The notes: generated from the letters alone by a model not told the origin. A stretch of DNA of 64,000 nt from Gammaproteobacteria bacterium (GCA_965226155.1 OZ245331.1:207997-271996); one strand, 5' to 3'; numbered from the stretch's first letter, positions 1 to 11,518 are shown. Made by a program: numbers and translations.

Positions 1-393
1 ACGCTCGGCCTTGTTTACGCATCTTATATTGCAAGACTGACACGAGGGGGCATGCTAGAGATCCTATCAGAGGATTTCATCCGAACTGCAACAGCGAAAG
101 GACTATCCAAACCGATTGTTATTTTCAAACATGGGCTAAAAGGCGGACTATTACCTGTCGTCTCTTTCTTGGGACCCGCAGTAGCAGGATTATTATCAGG
201 GTCTTTTGTCGTTGAAACTATTTTTCAGATTCCAGGCCTTGGGCGATTCTATATTCAGGCCGCCTTCAACCGGGACTACACGATGATCATGGGAACAACG
301 ATATTTTTTTCAACACTGATTATCGTATTTAATCTGCTGGCAGACATCATCGCCATGATGTTAAATCCGAGATTACATAATCAGAATCGCTAA
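1..393 (+). CDS. oppB: Oligopeptide ABC transporter permease (OppB-like), 5' truncated by the window edge
   Basis: The frame is open from base 1 (TLGLVYASYIARLTRGGMLE...). It has the EAA-type motif TATAKGLS and VETIFQIPGLG...RDY. Its stop overlaps the next start. Confidence 0.85.
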   Translation, partial: TLGLVYASYIARLTRGGMLEILSEDFIRTATAKGLSKPIVIFKHGLKGGLLPVVSFLGPAVAGLLSGSFVVETIFQIPGLGRFYIQAAFNRDYTMIMGTTIFFSTLIIVFNLLADIIAMMLNPRLHNQNR

Positions 394-1280
394 TGGCTAT
401 TTCTACTTTTCCCAATACTGAGCAGTTCCAACATGGACGTTCACTCTGGCAGGACGCAGCGTCCCGCCTGTTGAAAAACAAATTCGCGGTACTAGGTTTA
501 TGCGTGCTTTTGATCATGATAGTTGCTGCATTATTTGCCGACCTTATTTCGAATTATTCATATGAGGAGCAGAATCTTGACCTCGGTGCCTCACCGCCAT
601 CATCCGATCATTGGCTAGGTACAGATACTCTAGGTCGTGATCTATTCACCCGCATTCTTTATGGAGGCAGAGTTTCACTGATGGTCGGATTTCTCGCCAC
701 AGCTGTTGCACTAACAATTGGTGTCATTTGGGGTTTGGTCTCAGGCTATATGGGAGGCCTTATTGACAATATCATGATGCGGACAGTCGATATTTTATAT
801 GCCATTCCATTTACCATATTTATTATTCTACTAATGGTGGTATTTGGTCGAAATATTTATCTGCTATTTCTTGCTATCGGGGCTGTTGAGTGGCCAACAA
901 TGGCACGAGTTGTACGCGGCCAGGTTCTCAGTATCCGTAACCAAGAATATATAGATGCTGCGATTACCATGGGTTTAAACACGCGCCAAATTATCTTTGG
1001 CCATGTCCTACCTAATATCCTTGGACCAATAATCGTCTACACAACTCTCACTATTCCGAATGTCATATTACTGGAATCATTTTTAAGTTTTCTAGGACTT
1101 GGCGTCCAGCCTCCGGAAAGTTCCTGGGGAGTGTTGATCGCAAATGGCGTTATAACAATGGAAGAGTATCCATGGTTACTAATCTACCCTGCCCTCGTAC
1201 TCTCCTTAACCTTGTTCTCTCTAAATTTTCTGGGAGATGGTTTACGCGATGCGCTTGATCCTAAAATAGCAAAAGATTAA
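393..1280 (+). CDS. oppC: Oligopeptide ABC transporter permease (OppC-like)
   Basis: HWLGTDTLGRD, EYIDAAITMG, ESFLSFLGLG and GDGLRDALDP are OppC/DppC motifs. Confidence 0.88.
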   Translation: MAISTFPNTEQFQHGRSLWQDAASRLLKNKFAVLGLCVLLIMIVAALFADLISNYSYEEQNLDLGASPPSSDHWLGTDTLGRDLFTRILYGGRVSLMVGFLATAVALTIGVIWGLVSGYMGGLIDNIMMRTVDILYAIPFTIFIILLMVVFGRNIYLLFLAIGAVEWPTMARVVRGQVLSIRNQEYIDAAITMGLNTRQIIFGHVLPNILGPIIVYTTLTIPNVILLESFLSFLGLGVQPPESSWGVLIANGVITMEEYPWLLIYPALVLSLTLFSLNFLGDGLRDALDPKIAKD

Positions 1281-1284
1281 TACC

Positions 1285-2931
1285 ATGACTTTGTTGAAAA
1301 TTAACAATCTTATAATTAATTTTCATACCCGTGCAGGTACAATTACTGCTGTCGAAGGGGCAAACCTTGAAGTAGAACCTGGCAAAACTTTATGCATTGT
1401 GGGTGAATCTGGTAGTGGAAAATCGGTACTGTGTTCCAGCATTATGGGATTGTTACCGACACCACCGGCAAAGATTGAAAATGGATCCATCAATTTCAAA
1501 GGCAATGATTTATTAAATAATAATAGTAAATTAATGCGAAAAATTCGTGGAGACCGTATCACCATGGTATTCCAAGACCCCATGACTTCACTGAATCCAT
1601 ATTTAAGAATAGGCAATCAAGTAATTGAGCCACTGTGTTTACACCAAAATCTGTCAAAAAAAAATGCCTGGCCACTATCTATTGATGCTTTGGATGAGGT
1701 TGGACTCCCTGATCCTGAAAATCTAATTATGCAATACCCACACGAGTTATCCGGTGGTATGCGCCAGAGGGTGATGATCGCCATGGCGTTAATCAACAAA
1801 CCAGACATACTAATCGCTGATGAACCCACAACGGCGCTGGATGTCACTATACAGGCACAAATCCTCGCTTTAATTAAACGATTGCAAAAGGATAATAATA
1901 TAGCCGTTATATTCGTCAGCCATGATCTCGGAATTGTATCCGGTATTGCTGACCATATTCTTGTAATGGAAAAAGGCAGGATTGTTGAAGAAGGTTCGGC
2001 AGAGAATATTTTCTATCATCCTATAAATTCATATACAAAAGAGCTGCTGTCCTCTATTCTAAATAGTGCCAAATCAGAAAAATATGACCTCGATAATCGA
2101 AATGAAGAAAATGTCATTCTAAGCATTCAAAATGTTAAGACCTATTACAAGAACCAACAGCACTTATTTTTCTCTCCCAACTATAAAAAAGTAAAAGCGG
2201 TAGATGATGTTACCCTTAAAATATATCAGGGTGAGACACTTGGGTTGGTAGGTGAATCTGGTAGTGGCAAATCAACACTAGGGCGATCAGCTATGCGATT
2301 AGTTAATCTTCATAGCGGTAGTATTGTGCTGGACAAACTTAATTTATCAAAATTATCAAGCTCGGAACTTAAAATACACCGTCGTGAATTTCAAATGATA
2401 TTTCAGGATCCCTATGCATCATTAAATCCACGTATGACAGTGTATGATGCATTAACCGAAGCGCTACAAATAAGAGGAATTGTATCTGAAGAGCAAATAT
2501 TATCTGAAGTTACGCAGTTAATGCAGGATGTAGATCTCGAGCCCTCCACTATCCGTAAATATCCTCATGAATTCTCAGGAGGACAACGTCAACGAATTGC
2601 CATTGCCCGCGCTATTGCACTAAAACCTAAATTAATTATTGCCGATGAACCAGTTTCAGCCTTGGATGTAACTGTCCAGGCCCAAATCCTGGATCTACTA
2701 CTAAACCTAGTGAAGAAAAATAATCTGACCATGTTATTCATTTCTCATGATCTTTCAGTCGTCCGCTATATAGCCGACAGGACCGCGGTAATGTATCAGG
2801 GGAAGCTCGTGGAAGTGGATGATACTGAGAAGGTATTCAATCATCCCAAACACTCTTATACACAATCTTTACTTGCCTCTGTACCCGTACCTGATCCGGT
2901 CATAGAACAAGCTAAGTATCAGCACCTTTAG
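1285..2931 (+). CDS. Peptide ABC transporter ATP-binding protein with two fused ATPase domains (OppD/OppF-like)
   Basis: Two Walker A motifs (GESGSGKS twice), two signatures (LSGGMRQR, FSGGQRQR) and two Walker B motifs (IADEP). Confidence 0.93.
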   Translation: MTLLKINNLIINFHTRAGTITAVEGANLEVEPGKTLCIVGESGSGKSVLCSSIMGLLPTPPAKIENGSINFKGNDLLNNNSKLMRKIRGDRITMVFQDPMTSLNPYLRIGNQVIEPLCLHQNLSKKNAWPLSIDALDEVGLPDPENLIMQYPHELSGGMRQRVMIAMALINKPDILIADEPTTALDVTIQAQILALIKRLQKDNNIAVIFVSHDLGIVSGIADHILVMEKGRIVEEGSAENIFYHPINSYTKELLSSILNSAKSEKYDLDNRNEENVILSIQNVKTYYKNQQHLFFSPNYKKVKAVDDVTLKIYQGETLGLVGESGSGKSTLGRSAMRLVNLHSGSIVLDKLNLSKLSSSELKIHRREFQMIFQDPYASLNPRMTVYDALTEALQIRGIVSEEQILSEVTQLMQDVDLEPSTIRKYPHEFSGGQRQRIAIARAIALKPKLIIADEPVSALDVTVQAQILDLLLNLVKKNNLTMLFISHDLSVVRYIADRTAVMYQGKLVEVDDTEKVFNHPKHSYTQSLLASVPVPDPVIEQAKYQHL

Positions 2932-2950
2932 TCTATAGACGATATCACTG

Positions 2951-2981
2951 CGGGATTACCGAGAGTTTGTTTTTAATCCCG
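2951..2981. repeat. 8-bp inverted repeat (CGGGATTA...TAATCCCG) between the opp operon and fabI; possible hairpin or operator
   Basis: Perfect 8-bp arms read directly. Function unknown. Confidence 0.35.
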
Positions 2982-3030
2982 GTCATGTCAGAATAGAAAT
3001 CCTTCAATTAACAATCTCAAAGGGAAACTT

Positions 3031-3810
3031 ATGGCAATGTTAGCAGGGAAACGTGCCCTGATTACCGGTGTAGCCAGTAACCGCTCTATTGCCTGGGGCA
3101 TCGCACAAGCCATGCGTCGTGAAGGTGCAGAGCTAGCTTTTACCTATCAGAACGAAAAATTGCAGAAAAGGGTAGTCAATTTTGCGTCAGAGCTTGGGTC
3201 CGATATCACAATCCCTTGTGAACTAACGGATGATAAACAAATCACCCGGGTATTCGAACACCTGAAAAACAGATGGGAACACCTAGATATTTTGGTACAT
3301 TCAGCTGCATTTGCCCCGCGGGAAATGTTGGAAGGGTCTTACCTAGACAACCTTACTAGGGAAGGATTTTTGATGGCACATGACATCAGTTCATACAGCT
3401 TTGCTGCCTTAGCTAAGGCGGCGCAGACGATGATGCAAAGTGAACAAGGTGGCGCCATGTTAACCTTGACATATATCGGCGCAATACGTGCCATGCCGAA
3501 CTACAATGTAATGGGTGTCGCCAAAGCTAGCCTTGAATCGAACGTTCGCTATATTGCATCAAGCATGGGACCACAAGGAATCCGGGTAAATGCTATCTCC
3601 GCAGGACCGATCCGTACACTCGCTGCATCAGGGATCAAGGGATTGAAGGGTTTCCTCTCTCATGTTGAACAAAATTCACCTCTGAGGCGAAATGTCACGA
3701 TAGACGAAGTTGGGAATGCTGCAGCTTTCCTTTGCTCCGATCTTGCGTCAGCCATCACCGGCGAAATTACCTATGTTGACTGCGGATACAACGCAGTAGG
3801 GTCAGCATAA
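3031..3810 (+). CDS. fabI: Enoyl-ACP reductase FabI
   Basis: [25 protein letters not shown] and [13 protein letters not shown]. Confidence 0.96.
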   Translation: MAMLAGKRALITGVASNRSIAWGIAQAMRREGAELAFTYQNEKLQKRVVNFASELGSDITIPCELTDDKQITRVFEHLKNRWEHLDILVHSAAFAPREMLEGSYLDNLTREGFLMAHDISSYSFAALAKAAQTMMQSEQGGAMLTLTYIGAIRAMPNYNVMGVAKASLESNVRYIASSMGPQGIRVNAISAGPIRTLAASGIKGLKGFLSHVEQNSPLRRNVTIDEVGNAAAFLCSDLASAITGEITYVDCGYNAVGSA

Positions 3811-3869
3811 TAATACATATAATTATTTGCTAAAACATACCATCCAAATTATTTTCTTTAATTACACAA

Positions 3870-5087
3870 ATGTTTAAAAACAACAAACTACTCTGGGGAA
3901 TTCTAGGGGGCGCCATAGCTGGCATATTCTGTGGTTGGTTCTTTGGTGAAGCGATGACATCGGTCGCTTGGTTGGGTGCCCTATTTTTAGACGCATTAAA
4001 AATGACGATCATCCCATTGATAGTTGCAGCGGTAATATCCGGAGTTGCTTCGATTGGTGACGCCAGAAAACTTGGCAAAATAGGCGGCTTTACCGTTTTA
4101 TATTATATCTGTACGACTGCAATTGCCGTTTTGCTTGGCCTAATCATTGTGAACATTATAAATCCCGGAGTAGCAATTTCTGAAATAAGCGGTTTCTTAC
4201 CTGATGAGGTCAGGGATCGAGGCACTACCGGTGCTACTGACATTATCCGGTCACTCATCGGATCAAATATTGTACAAGCTGCAGCAGAGACTGATTTACT
4301 TAAAGTCATCGTCTTTTGTATCCTTTTTGCTGTTGCTCTAACTACTATCGGTGATCGAGGAAAACCCGTTATTGCATTTTTCCAAGGTGTTAACGATGTC
4401 ATGATGAAGTTAGTTATGTGGGTCATCTATTTCGCTCCAGTGGGCATATTTGCCATGATTTCCTCCGATCTAGGTGCGTCGGGAGGGGGTGCGGAATTCT
4501 GGAGTAAAATTACATCAGTTGGATGGTATGTGGTCGCCGTCATACTTGGCCTTCTGGTTCATTCTATGATCCTGTTTGGCATTTTATACTCCTTTAGTAA
4601 ACGCAGTAGAAATTACCTAGGATACTTTACCAGAGCTTTGCTCACGGCCTTTGGGACCGGAAGTTCAGCTGCAACATTACCGTTGACAATGGAAAGTGCA
4701 ATTGAAGCTGGTGTGGATGAACGATCGGTCAAGTTTGTGCTCCCACTAGGCGCAACCGTCAACATGGACGGTACAGCCCTGTATGAAGCTGTCGCCGTCA
4801 TGTTCATCGCCCAAGCATATGGTATTGATATGGCAATATCAGATCAAATAGTCATCTTTATCACTGCTACTTTGGCCGCAATAGGCGCCGCCAGTATTCC
4901 TCAGGCTGGATTAGTTACTATGATTATAGTACTGACAGCAGTAGATCTGCCTGTGGAGGGAATAGGGTTACTACTCGCAGTAGATTGGTTCTTGGATAGG
5001 TTACGTACAACAGTAAACGTGTGGGGAGACTCTGTTGGTGTTGCTGTAATTGAAAAAGTAATTATTAAACCTTTAGCAAAAACCTAG
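3870..5087 (+). CDS. Dicarboxylate/amino acid:cation symporter (DAACS/SDF family)
   Basis: Multi-TM protein with TGSSAATLP, PLGATVNMDGTALYE and DRLRTTVNVWGD. Confidence 0.92.
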   Translation: MFKNNKLLWGILGGAIAGIFCGWFFGEAMTSVAWLGALFLDALKMTIIPLIVAAVISGVASIGDARKLGKIGGFTVLYYICTTAIAVLLGLIIVNIINPGVAISEISGFLPDEVRDRGTTGATDIIRSLIGSNIVQAAAETDLLKVIVFCILFAVALTTIGDRGKPVIAFFQGVNDVMMKLVMWVIYFAPVGIFAMISSDLGASGGGAEFWSKITSVGWYVVAVILGLLVHSMILFGILYSFSKRSRNYLGYFTRALLTAFGTGSSAATLPLTMESAIEAGVDERSVKFVLPLGATVNMDGTALYEAVAVMFIAQAYGIDMAISDQIVIFITATLAAIGAASIPQAGLVTMIIVLTAVDLPVEGIGLLLAVDWFLDRLRTTVNVWGDSVGVAVIEKVIIKPLAKT

Positions 5088-5091
5088 AATC

Positions 5092-6981
5092 TTATAAATT
5101 ATCCTCATTAATTCTGATATCGGCGGACTCTCGCATATCTTCAATTACCCGCGCCCAAGTTTCAGAACGAGTGTATTGTTGAATTTGGTTAATTACTGGC
5201 TGCACTGCTTCTTGAGTGACAGTTTCAGGATCGACGTTATTGACGGCATTGACTGAGAGCACCACAAAATCACCACCGGTTAATGCAATGCCCTGAATCA
5301 CTGGTTTATCACTCGGCTTATCTGCACTAAAAGCATTCTGCACAATCTCTCTATCGATTTCTGTGGTATCACGCTTTACGGCAGTAACCTGCTTCCATTC
5401 GATTGAATATTCTTCCTCCAAGGCCGTCTGAGTCACACCTTTATTGAGACTATCGATTACATTATCACCGATAAGGTTAGTCTGTTCTGAACCTTTTTCG
5501 AACCTAATAGCATCCATGATTTCATCGTACACTTCCTCCATTGGCCTCATTTCGATTGGTCGATGGTCAAGCAATCTTAAAACAATCACCTGATTGGAAT
5601 CGATTTCGATTAACTCGCTGTTAATTCCATCTAATAAAACATCTTCACTGAATGCAGCACTCAATATTTTTGGATGGCTTAATTGGGCAACACTAGCTCC
5701 ATTTCGTGCAAGAAAATCACTTTCTTGAATTGTCAGACCCAGATCCTCAGCAGCAATTTCTAGCGTATCGGGATGCTCAAAAGTTAACGTGGCCAATTGA
5801 TCATACAGGTCAAAAAACTGTTTTTCGGCCTGTTCAAGTTTATAGTTAATTTCTACTTTATCCCGGACGTCATCGAAAATTGCGACTGACCCATCGGTAA
5901 CTTCTTCTAACTTCAGGATATGATATCCGTACTCAGATAATATAGGCTTACTGATCTCACCCTGTTGCATCGAGAAGGCTGCTTCATTGATAAGGGGGTC
6001 TAGTACACCTTCATTTAAAAACCCAAAGTTACTGACTTCCACACTGATTTCTTTTCGATCTGCATACAAAGACTCAACTTCTTCAAATGTCTTGCTAGAT
6101 ATTGCCAGATCGTGTATCTCATCGGCACTCGTGATAATTGATTCATGAACTTCTCCCCCAGTAGCAGAGATCAATATTTGCTTGATTTTCCTTCGTTCAG
6201 TTATGCCGTAACTTTCCTTATTATTCTCAAAAAAAGCTCGGATTGATTCTTCATCTGCACTAACAGTCTGTGCAATCTGATCCAATGACAGTGTCAGGTA
6301 GCCAATCTTGATCCTTTCAGGTTCCATATATTCCTGACTGCGGGTTTCGTAGCGCGAGCGAATTTCAGCATCAGTGACCTCAACTGCATCCTTAATATCC
6401 TTATAACTCACGGTTGCATATTCAATATCTCTTGTCTGATTAATGAGTGTGATTATTCTTGCGATTTCGGGTCTAGTGATAAATGTACTTGAAAGCAAAC
6501 CAGTCTGTAATTGTTGTAATGCCAAATCTTCTTTCATTTTGGATTCAAAACTTGCAGCCGAGGTTCCAATAGTAGCTAGGTAATTCTGATAGAGGACATT
6601 TTCAAATCCGTCAATACCCTGAAATGCCTGAATACCGATGATTGCATTTCGCATCTGCTGGTCACTGGTAATAAGCCCAAGGTCCTCGCTGATTTGTGAT
6701 AGCAGTTCTCTATTAATCAGGCTATCAAGTGTCTGTTGCTTGATAAATTCTTCCTGGCTCGCTAAATCTAGATTGATTGCCTGCCATTGTTGACGGACAT
6801 TCTGGTAACTAGTCTGATATTCGGTTAGTGATAATTTAGTATCGTTGATAGTACCAGCTACAACAGTTGAACTTTGATCGAAATAATAATTAATTCCAAA
6901 AAATGCGAATGGAATAATTAAAATGATCACAAACAGCACTGCAACCCAACCGGTCACTAAATTTCGAATTGATTGCAACAT
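5092..6981 (-). CDS. ppiD: Periplasmic folding chaperone PpiD (SurA N-domain plus parvulin)
   Basis: N-terminal membrane anchor, parvulin-like GEISKPILSEYGYHILK, and canonical position after lon-hupB. Confidence 0.88.
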   Translation of the reverse strand: MLQSIRNLVTGWVAVLFVIILIIPFAFFGINYYFDQSSTVVAGTINDTKLSLTEYQTSYQNVRQQWQAINLDLASQEEFIKQQTLDSLINRELLSQISEDLGLITSDQQMRNAIIGIQAFQGIDGFENVLYQNYLATIGTSAASFESKMKEDLALQQLQTGLLSSTFITRPEIARIITLINQTRDIEYATVSYKDIKDAVEVTDAEIRSRYETRSQEYMEPERIKIGYLTLSLDQIAQTVSADEESIRAFFENNKESYGITERRKIKQILISATGGEVHESIITSADEIHDLAISSKTFEEVESLYADRKEISVEVSNFGFLNEGVLDPLINEAAFSMQQGEISKPILSEYGYHILKLEEVTDGSVAIFDDVRDKVEINYKLEQAEKQFFDLYDQLATLTFEHPDTLEIAAEDLGLTIQESDFLARNGASVAQLSHPKILSAAFSEDVLLDGINSELIEIDSNQVIVLRLLDHRPIEMRPMEEVYDEIMDAIRFEKGSEQTNLIGDNVIDSLNKGVTQTALEEEYSIEWKQVTAVKRDTTEIDREIVQNAFSADKPSDKPVIQGIALTGGDFVVLSVNAVNNVDPETVTQEAVQPVINQIQQYTRSETWARVIEDMRESADIRINEDNL

Positions 6982-7017
6982 AACCTTATCTATTTTATCA
7001 GTAGTTTATGCTGAAAA

Positions 7018-7049
7018 TAAAAAAGGCGTACCTTAGTTTAGGTACACCC
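7018..7049 (-). terminator. Intrinsic terminator after the tRNA pair
   Basis: Stem GTACCT/AGGTAC with an A-run on the + strand (U-tract on the - strand). Confidence 0.6.
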
Positions 7050-7062
7050 GATTCAGCGTGTC

Positions 7063-7139
7063 TGGCGGAGTGGACGGGACTCGAACCCGCGACCCCCGGC
7101 GTGACAGGCCGGTATTCTAACCAACTGAACTACCACTCC
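7063..7139 (-). tRNA. tRNA-Asp (GTC)
   Basis: Reverse complement GGAGTGGTAGTTCAGTTGGTTAGAATACCGGCCT-GTC-ACGCCGGGGGTCGCGGGTTCGAGTCCCGTCCACTCCGCCA, 77 nt with encoded CCA. Confidence 0.97.
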
Positions 7140-7145
7140 GGATGA

Positions 7146-7221
7146 TGGTGGGTGCTGAGGGGCTTGAACCCCCGACCTTCGCCGTGTAAAGGCGACGCTC
7201 TTCCAACTGAGCTAAGCACCC
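7146..7221 (-). tRNA. tRNA-Val (TAC)
   Basis: Reverse complement GGGTGCTTAGCTCAGTTGGAAGAGCGTCGCCTT-TAC-ACGGCGAAGGTCGGGGGTTCAAGCCCCTCAGCACCCACCA, 76 nt. Confidence 0.96.
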
Positions 7222-7232
7222 AAAACGGCGCA

Positions 7233-7505
7233 TCAGTTTAGAGCATCCTTAAGCCCTTTTCCAGGTTTGAAGCCGGGTGCCTTCGACGCTTTAATTTTAA
7301 TCTTTTCCCCAGTTCTTGGATTGCGACCGCTTCTCGCTTTTCGTTTGCGAACTGAAAATGTCCCAAATCCTACAAGGGTAACACTGTCCCCTTTCTTTAA
7401 TGCCTTAGTAATTGCTTCAAGCATTGCATCCAACGCTCTTCCTGTTGCCGCTTTTGAAATATCTGCAGAATCAGCAACTGCATCGATTAGTTCAGCTTTG
7501 TTCAT
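7233..7505 (-). CDS. hupB: DNA-binding protein HU
   Basis: [11 protein letters not shown]...[21 protein letters not shown], located after lon. Confidence 0.94.
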   Translation of the reverse strand: MNKAELIDAVADSADISKAATGRALDAMLEAITKALKKGDSVTLVGFGTFSVRKRKARSGRNPRTGEKIKIKASKAPGFKPGKGLKDALN

Positions 7506-7596
7506 GAAATATTCGACCCTTTGGTCTCTCCCTAGGAAATTATTTTGAAAATGGAGGTTAAAACTTCCGGCCTTGAATTAAATTTCAAGCACATTC

Positions 7597-7625
7597 TTTA
7601 TATCAAGTGACCAGATTTCCGTCAA
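7597..7625 (-). promoter_or_regulatory. Sigma70-type promoter for hupB and the tRNAs
   Basis: TTGACG-17 nt-TATAAA on the - strand. Confidence 0.6.
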
Positions 7626-7680
7626 GCAAACTAATGGGTATTATTAAATATTCTTTAGTTCACAGTTAAAAATATTGTGT

Positions 7681-10107
7681 TTAATGTGGCCTGATCACAT
7701 TTTTGTCAGTTTCTTCCGATTGGGAATCCTCTTTCTTTGATATATCACCACTAACTTTTGTTCCTGACTTTGGTTCCGGCATACGTTGCAATGCGATTTC
7801 CAAGACTTCGTCAATCCAGCGAACCGCTCGTATCTCAAGATTTTGTTTAATATTTTTTGGAATCTCTACAAGTTCTCTCTCATTTTCCCAAGGAATGAGA
7901 ACTGTTTTGATTCCACCTCGCAGGGCAGCAAGAAGCTTTTCCTTTAGGCCGCCGATTGGTAACACTTCCCCGCGCAGGGTAATTTCCCCAGTCATTGCTA
8001 CACTAGAGTGCACTGGTATCCCAGTCAGTGCAGAAACCAGCGCTGTACACATGGCAACTCCGGCACTTGGGCCATCTTTAGGAGTAGCACCTTCGGGAAC
8101 ATGGATGTGAAAATCTTTTTCCTTGTAAAAATCAGGCTCAATTCCAAGAATCTCGCTACGGCTACGTACCACAGTCATCGCAGCTTCGATTGATTCCTGC
8201 ATAACCTCTCCAAGATGACCAGTACGTATAGCCTTACCCTTCCCTGGTACAATTGCTGCTTCAATAGTAAGCAAATCTCCTCCAACTTCTGTCCACGCAA
8301 GTCCGGTGACTTGTCCAATACGGTTTTCTTCTTCGGCTTGACCAAAGCGGTGTCGCTTTACACCAAGCAATTTTTCCAGCTGTTTTGGTGTAACAACCCG
8401 TCTCCTGCTATCAGGCTTTTCGATTAATTCCTTTACCACCTTGCGACAGATATTTGCAATCTCTCTTTCCAAATTACGTACACCGGCCTCACGAGTGTAG
8501 TAACGGATAATATCCCGGATAGTAGCCTCACTTATTGATATTTCATCTTTTTTCAATCCATTACGTTCAATCTGTTTTGGGATTAGGTACTTTTGAGCAA
8601 TATTAACTTTCTCATCTTCTGCATACCCAGAGAGACGAATGACTTCCATTCGGTCTAACAATGGCGGTGTTATGTTCAGCAGGCTATTCGCCGTAGTTAC
8701 AAACATCACCTCCGACAAGTCATAATCTACTTCAAGATAGTGATCATTGAAGGTGTTATTCTGCTCTGGATCGAGTACTTCAAGAAGTGCTGATGAAGGG
8801 TCTCCTCTGAAATCCATAGCAATCTTATCCACTTCATCGAGTAACAAAAGCGGATTTTTTGTCCCTGCTTTTGCCATGCTTTGAATAATTTTTCCTGGTA
8901 GCGAACCGATATAGGTCCTACGATGCCCACGAATCTCAGCTTCGTCTCGGACACCACCCAAAGACATTCTAATAAATTTCCGATTCGTCGCACGAGCTAT
9001 CGATTTTCCCAAAGACGTTTTGCCCACACCTGGCGGACCAACCAGACAGAGTATGGGGCCCTTTAGTTTTTTTACACGTTGTTGAACGGCAAGATATTCC
9101 AATATCCTGTCCTTTACTTTTTCAAGTCCGTAATGATCCTCATTCAAAACTGTCTCAGCTTTTTTGATATTACGAAAAATCTTACTACGCTTTTTCCAAG
9201 GCACATTCACCAACCAATCAACATAGTTACGAACAACAGTTGCCTCGGCTGACATTGGTGACATCATCTTCAATTTATTCATTTCGGATGAGGCTTTTGC
9301 TTTCACGTCCTTGGGCATACCAGAATTTTCTATCTTTTTTGCCAATTCATCGATTTCATTGGGAACGTCTTCCATTTCGCCCAATTCATTTTGTATGGCC
9401 TTCATCTGCTCATTAAGGTAGTACTCACGCTGGCTTTTCTCCATCTGTGACTTCACCCGACCACGAATACTCTTTTCAACCTGTAGTAAATCGATTTCCG
9501 ACTCCATCTGATGGATTAAATTTTCAAATCTATCTCGGACATCAGGGAGCTCGAGGATTTTTTGTCTGCCCTCAATAGGTATGACCATGTGTGCAGCAAT
9601 CGTATCAGCAAGCCTGCTGGGTTCATCGATACTTGCAACCGATGACAGAACTTCAGGCGGTACTTTTTTATTCAGTTTGACATATTGCTCAAACTGGTGC
9701 ATGACTGCCCGACTTAGAATATCCAAATCCCTGGAATCTTCCTCACTGGCTTCCAAGACAGTTGCAGATGCAGCAAACATCGTTTCTGTTTCGGTAAACT
9801 GTTCTATACTGACCCTCTTGGCCCCTTCCACTAGCACTTTGATAGTGCCATCGGGTAATTTCAGCATCTGGAGGATGTTTGATAATGTTCCAATTGTGTA
9901 AATATCTTCAACGTGAGGATCATCATCTGCAGCACTTTTTTGAGCGACTAGCAAAATTTGCTTACTGCCTTCCATCGCTTGATCGAGTGCTTTTATCGAT
10001 TTCCCTCTACCGACAAAAAGCGGGATAACCATATGCGGATACACAACTACGTCACGTAAGGGTAGTACTGGGTATATTTTTTGACTTATGTCAGATTTCT
10101 CTTGCAT
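7681..10107 (-). CDS. lon: ATP-dependent protease Lon
   Basis: LPLRDVVVYP, Walker A GPPGVGKTS and catalytic DGPSAG. Confidence 0.98.
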   Translation of the reverse strand: MQEKSDISQKIYPVLPLRDVVVYPHMVIPLFVGRGKSIKALDQAMEGSKQILLVAQKSAADDDPHVEDIYTIGTLSNILQMLKLPDGTIKVLVEGAKRVSIEQFTETETMFAASATVLEASEEDSRDLDILSRAVMHQFEQYVKLNKKVPPEVLSSVASIDEPSRLADTIAAHMVIPIEGRQKILELPDVRDRFENLIHQMESEIDLLQVEKSIRGRVKSQMEKSQREYYLNEQMKAIQNELGEMEDVPNEIDELAKKIENSGMPKDVKAKASSEMNKLKMMSPMSAEATVVRNYVDWLVNVPWKKRSKIFRNIKKAETVLNEDHYGLEKVKDRILEYLAVQQRVKKLKGPILCLVGPPGVGKTSLGKSIARATNRKFIRMSLGGVRDEAEIRGHRRTYIGSLPGKIIQSMAKAGTKNPLLLLDEVDKIAMDFRGDPSSALLEVLDPEQNNTFNDHYLEVDYDLSEVMFVTTANSLLNITPPLLDRMEVIRLSGYAEDEKVNIAQKYLIPKQIERNGLKKDEISISEATIRDIIRYYTREAGVRNLEREIANICRKVVKELIEKPDSRRRVVTPKQLEKLLGVKRHRFGQAEEENRIGQVTGLAWTEVGGDLLTIEAAIVPGKGKAIRTGHLGEVMQESIEAAMTVVRSRSEILGIEPDFYKEKDFHIHVPEGATPKDGPSAGVAMCTALVSALTGIPVHSSVAMTGEITLRGEVLPIGGLKEKLLAALRGGIKTVLIPWENERELVEIPKNIKQNLEIRAVRWIDEVLEIALQRMPEPKSGTKVSGDISKKEDSQSEETDKNVIRPH

Positions 10108-10140
10108 GTCATCTTATCTGCTTGGGATTACTCTCTATTA

Positions 10141-10170
10141 AAATGCAGGCGGCATCATAGGAATTCAAGG
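10141..10170 (-). promoter_or_regulatory. Possible sigma32 heat-shock promoter of lon
   Basis: CCTTGAA then CCTGCATTT about 14 nt later, resembling the CTTGAA/CCCCAT consensus. lon is a known RpoH target. Confidence 0.4.
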
Positions 10171-10211
10171 TCTACTTACTCAAAATGAGTGATTTTTTCA
10201 CTATTGAGCAG

Positions 10212-11492
10212 TTATTCTGAAGCAACTTTCGGTATTTCTTGTCTTTCGTAAATCAAAAGGGGTTTGGAATCGCCTCTTATAACACTTTCATCTATCACTA
10301 CCTTGACAACATCGTCCATAGAAGGAAGGTCAAACATAGTGTCGAGTAGGATATTTTCTAGAATAGAACGTAACCCGCGAGCCCCGGTCTTGCGTTCCAT
10401 TGATTTGCTAGCAACCAAAAGTAATGCATCATCTCTAAACTCGATTTCGCAACCTTCCATTTCAAATAACCTGAAATACTGTTTGGTTAACGCATTCTTC
10501 GGCTCGACTAGAATCTTAACAAGTTGATCCTCATCCAATTCATCCAAAGATGCAGAAACGGGTAATCGCCCCACAAATTCAGGAATCAATCCATATTTGA
10601 TCAAATCTTCAGGTTCAACAGACCTGATTAATTCACTCATACTCTTTTTATCATCCTTGTTTTTCACTTCTGCTGAAAATCCAATTCCACCTTTTTCAGA
10701 CCGCTCACGAATAATTTTGTCCAATCCACCAAATGCACCGCCACAGACAAACAATATATTAGCTGTGTTGACCTGCAGGAACTCCTGCTGAGGATGTTTA
10801 CGCCCACCTTGTGGCGGAACTGATGCAATAGTACCTTCTATCAGCTTTAACAGCGCTTGTTGTACACCTTCCCCAGAAACATCTCGGGTAATCGATGGGT
10901 TGTCTGACTTTCTAGATATTTTGTCTATTTCATCAATATAAACTATACCTGTTTGGGCCTTCTCCACATCATAATCACATTTTTGTAGCAACTTTTGGAT
11001 AATATTTTCAACGTCTTCGCCAACGTATCCTGCCTCAGTCAAAGTGGTAGCATCAGCGATTGTGAAGGGAACATTAAGTAAACGAGCTAAAGTCTCTGCC
11101 AACAGCGTTTTTCCACTACCCGTCGGCCCGATTAACAGAACATTACTTTTTGACAATTCGATGTCAGACTTTTTGTGTCCCTGTTCAAGCCGCTTGTAGT
11201 GATTATAGACAGCTACCGACAGGATTTTCTTAGCATTGTCCTGGCCGATAACATACTCATCCAGTATGGACTTTATTTCTCGTGGTGTCGGCAGGACACT
11301 GCCACTGCCAGTGATAGATTTTTCTTGAATCTCTTCTCGAATGATATCGTTACATAACTCGACACATTCATCACAGATGAATACCGAGGGACCAGCAATT
11401 AATTTCCGGACTTCATGTTGGCTCTTACCACAAAAGGAACAGTAGAGAAGCCTGTCCCCATCACCACTTTTACTCTGCTTGTTATCACTCAT
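10212..11492 (-). CDS. clpX: ClpX ATPase
   Basis: Zinc-finger CSFCGK...[15 protein letters not shown] pore loop and IGF loop. Start placed at MSDNK. Confidence 0.98.
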   Translation of the reverse strand: MSDNKQSKSGDGDRLLYCSFCGKSQHEVRKLIAGPSVFICDECVELCNDIIREEIQEKSITGSGSVLPTPREIKSILDEYVIGQDNAKKILSVAVYNHYKRLEQGHKKSDIELSKSNVLLIGPTGSGKTLLAETLARLLNVPFTIADATTLTEAGYVGEDVENIIQKLLQKCDYDVEKAQTGIVYIDEIDKISRKSDNPSITRDVSGEGVQQALLKLIEGTIASVPPQGGRKHPQQEFLQVNTANILFVCGGAFGGLDKIIRERSEKGGIGFSAEVKNKDDKKSMSELIRSVEPEDLIKYGLIPEFVGRLPVSASLDELDEDQLVKILVEPKNALTKQYFRLFEMEGCEIEFRDDALLLVASKSMERKTGARGLRSILENILLDTMFDLPSMDDVVKVVIDESVIRGDSKPLLIYERQEIPKVASE

Positions 11493-11518
11493 GTTATCCC
11501 TCAAGTCAAGATGGTGGA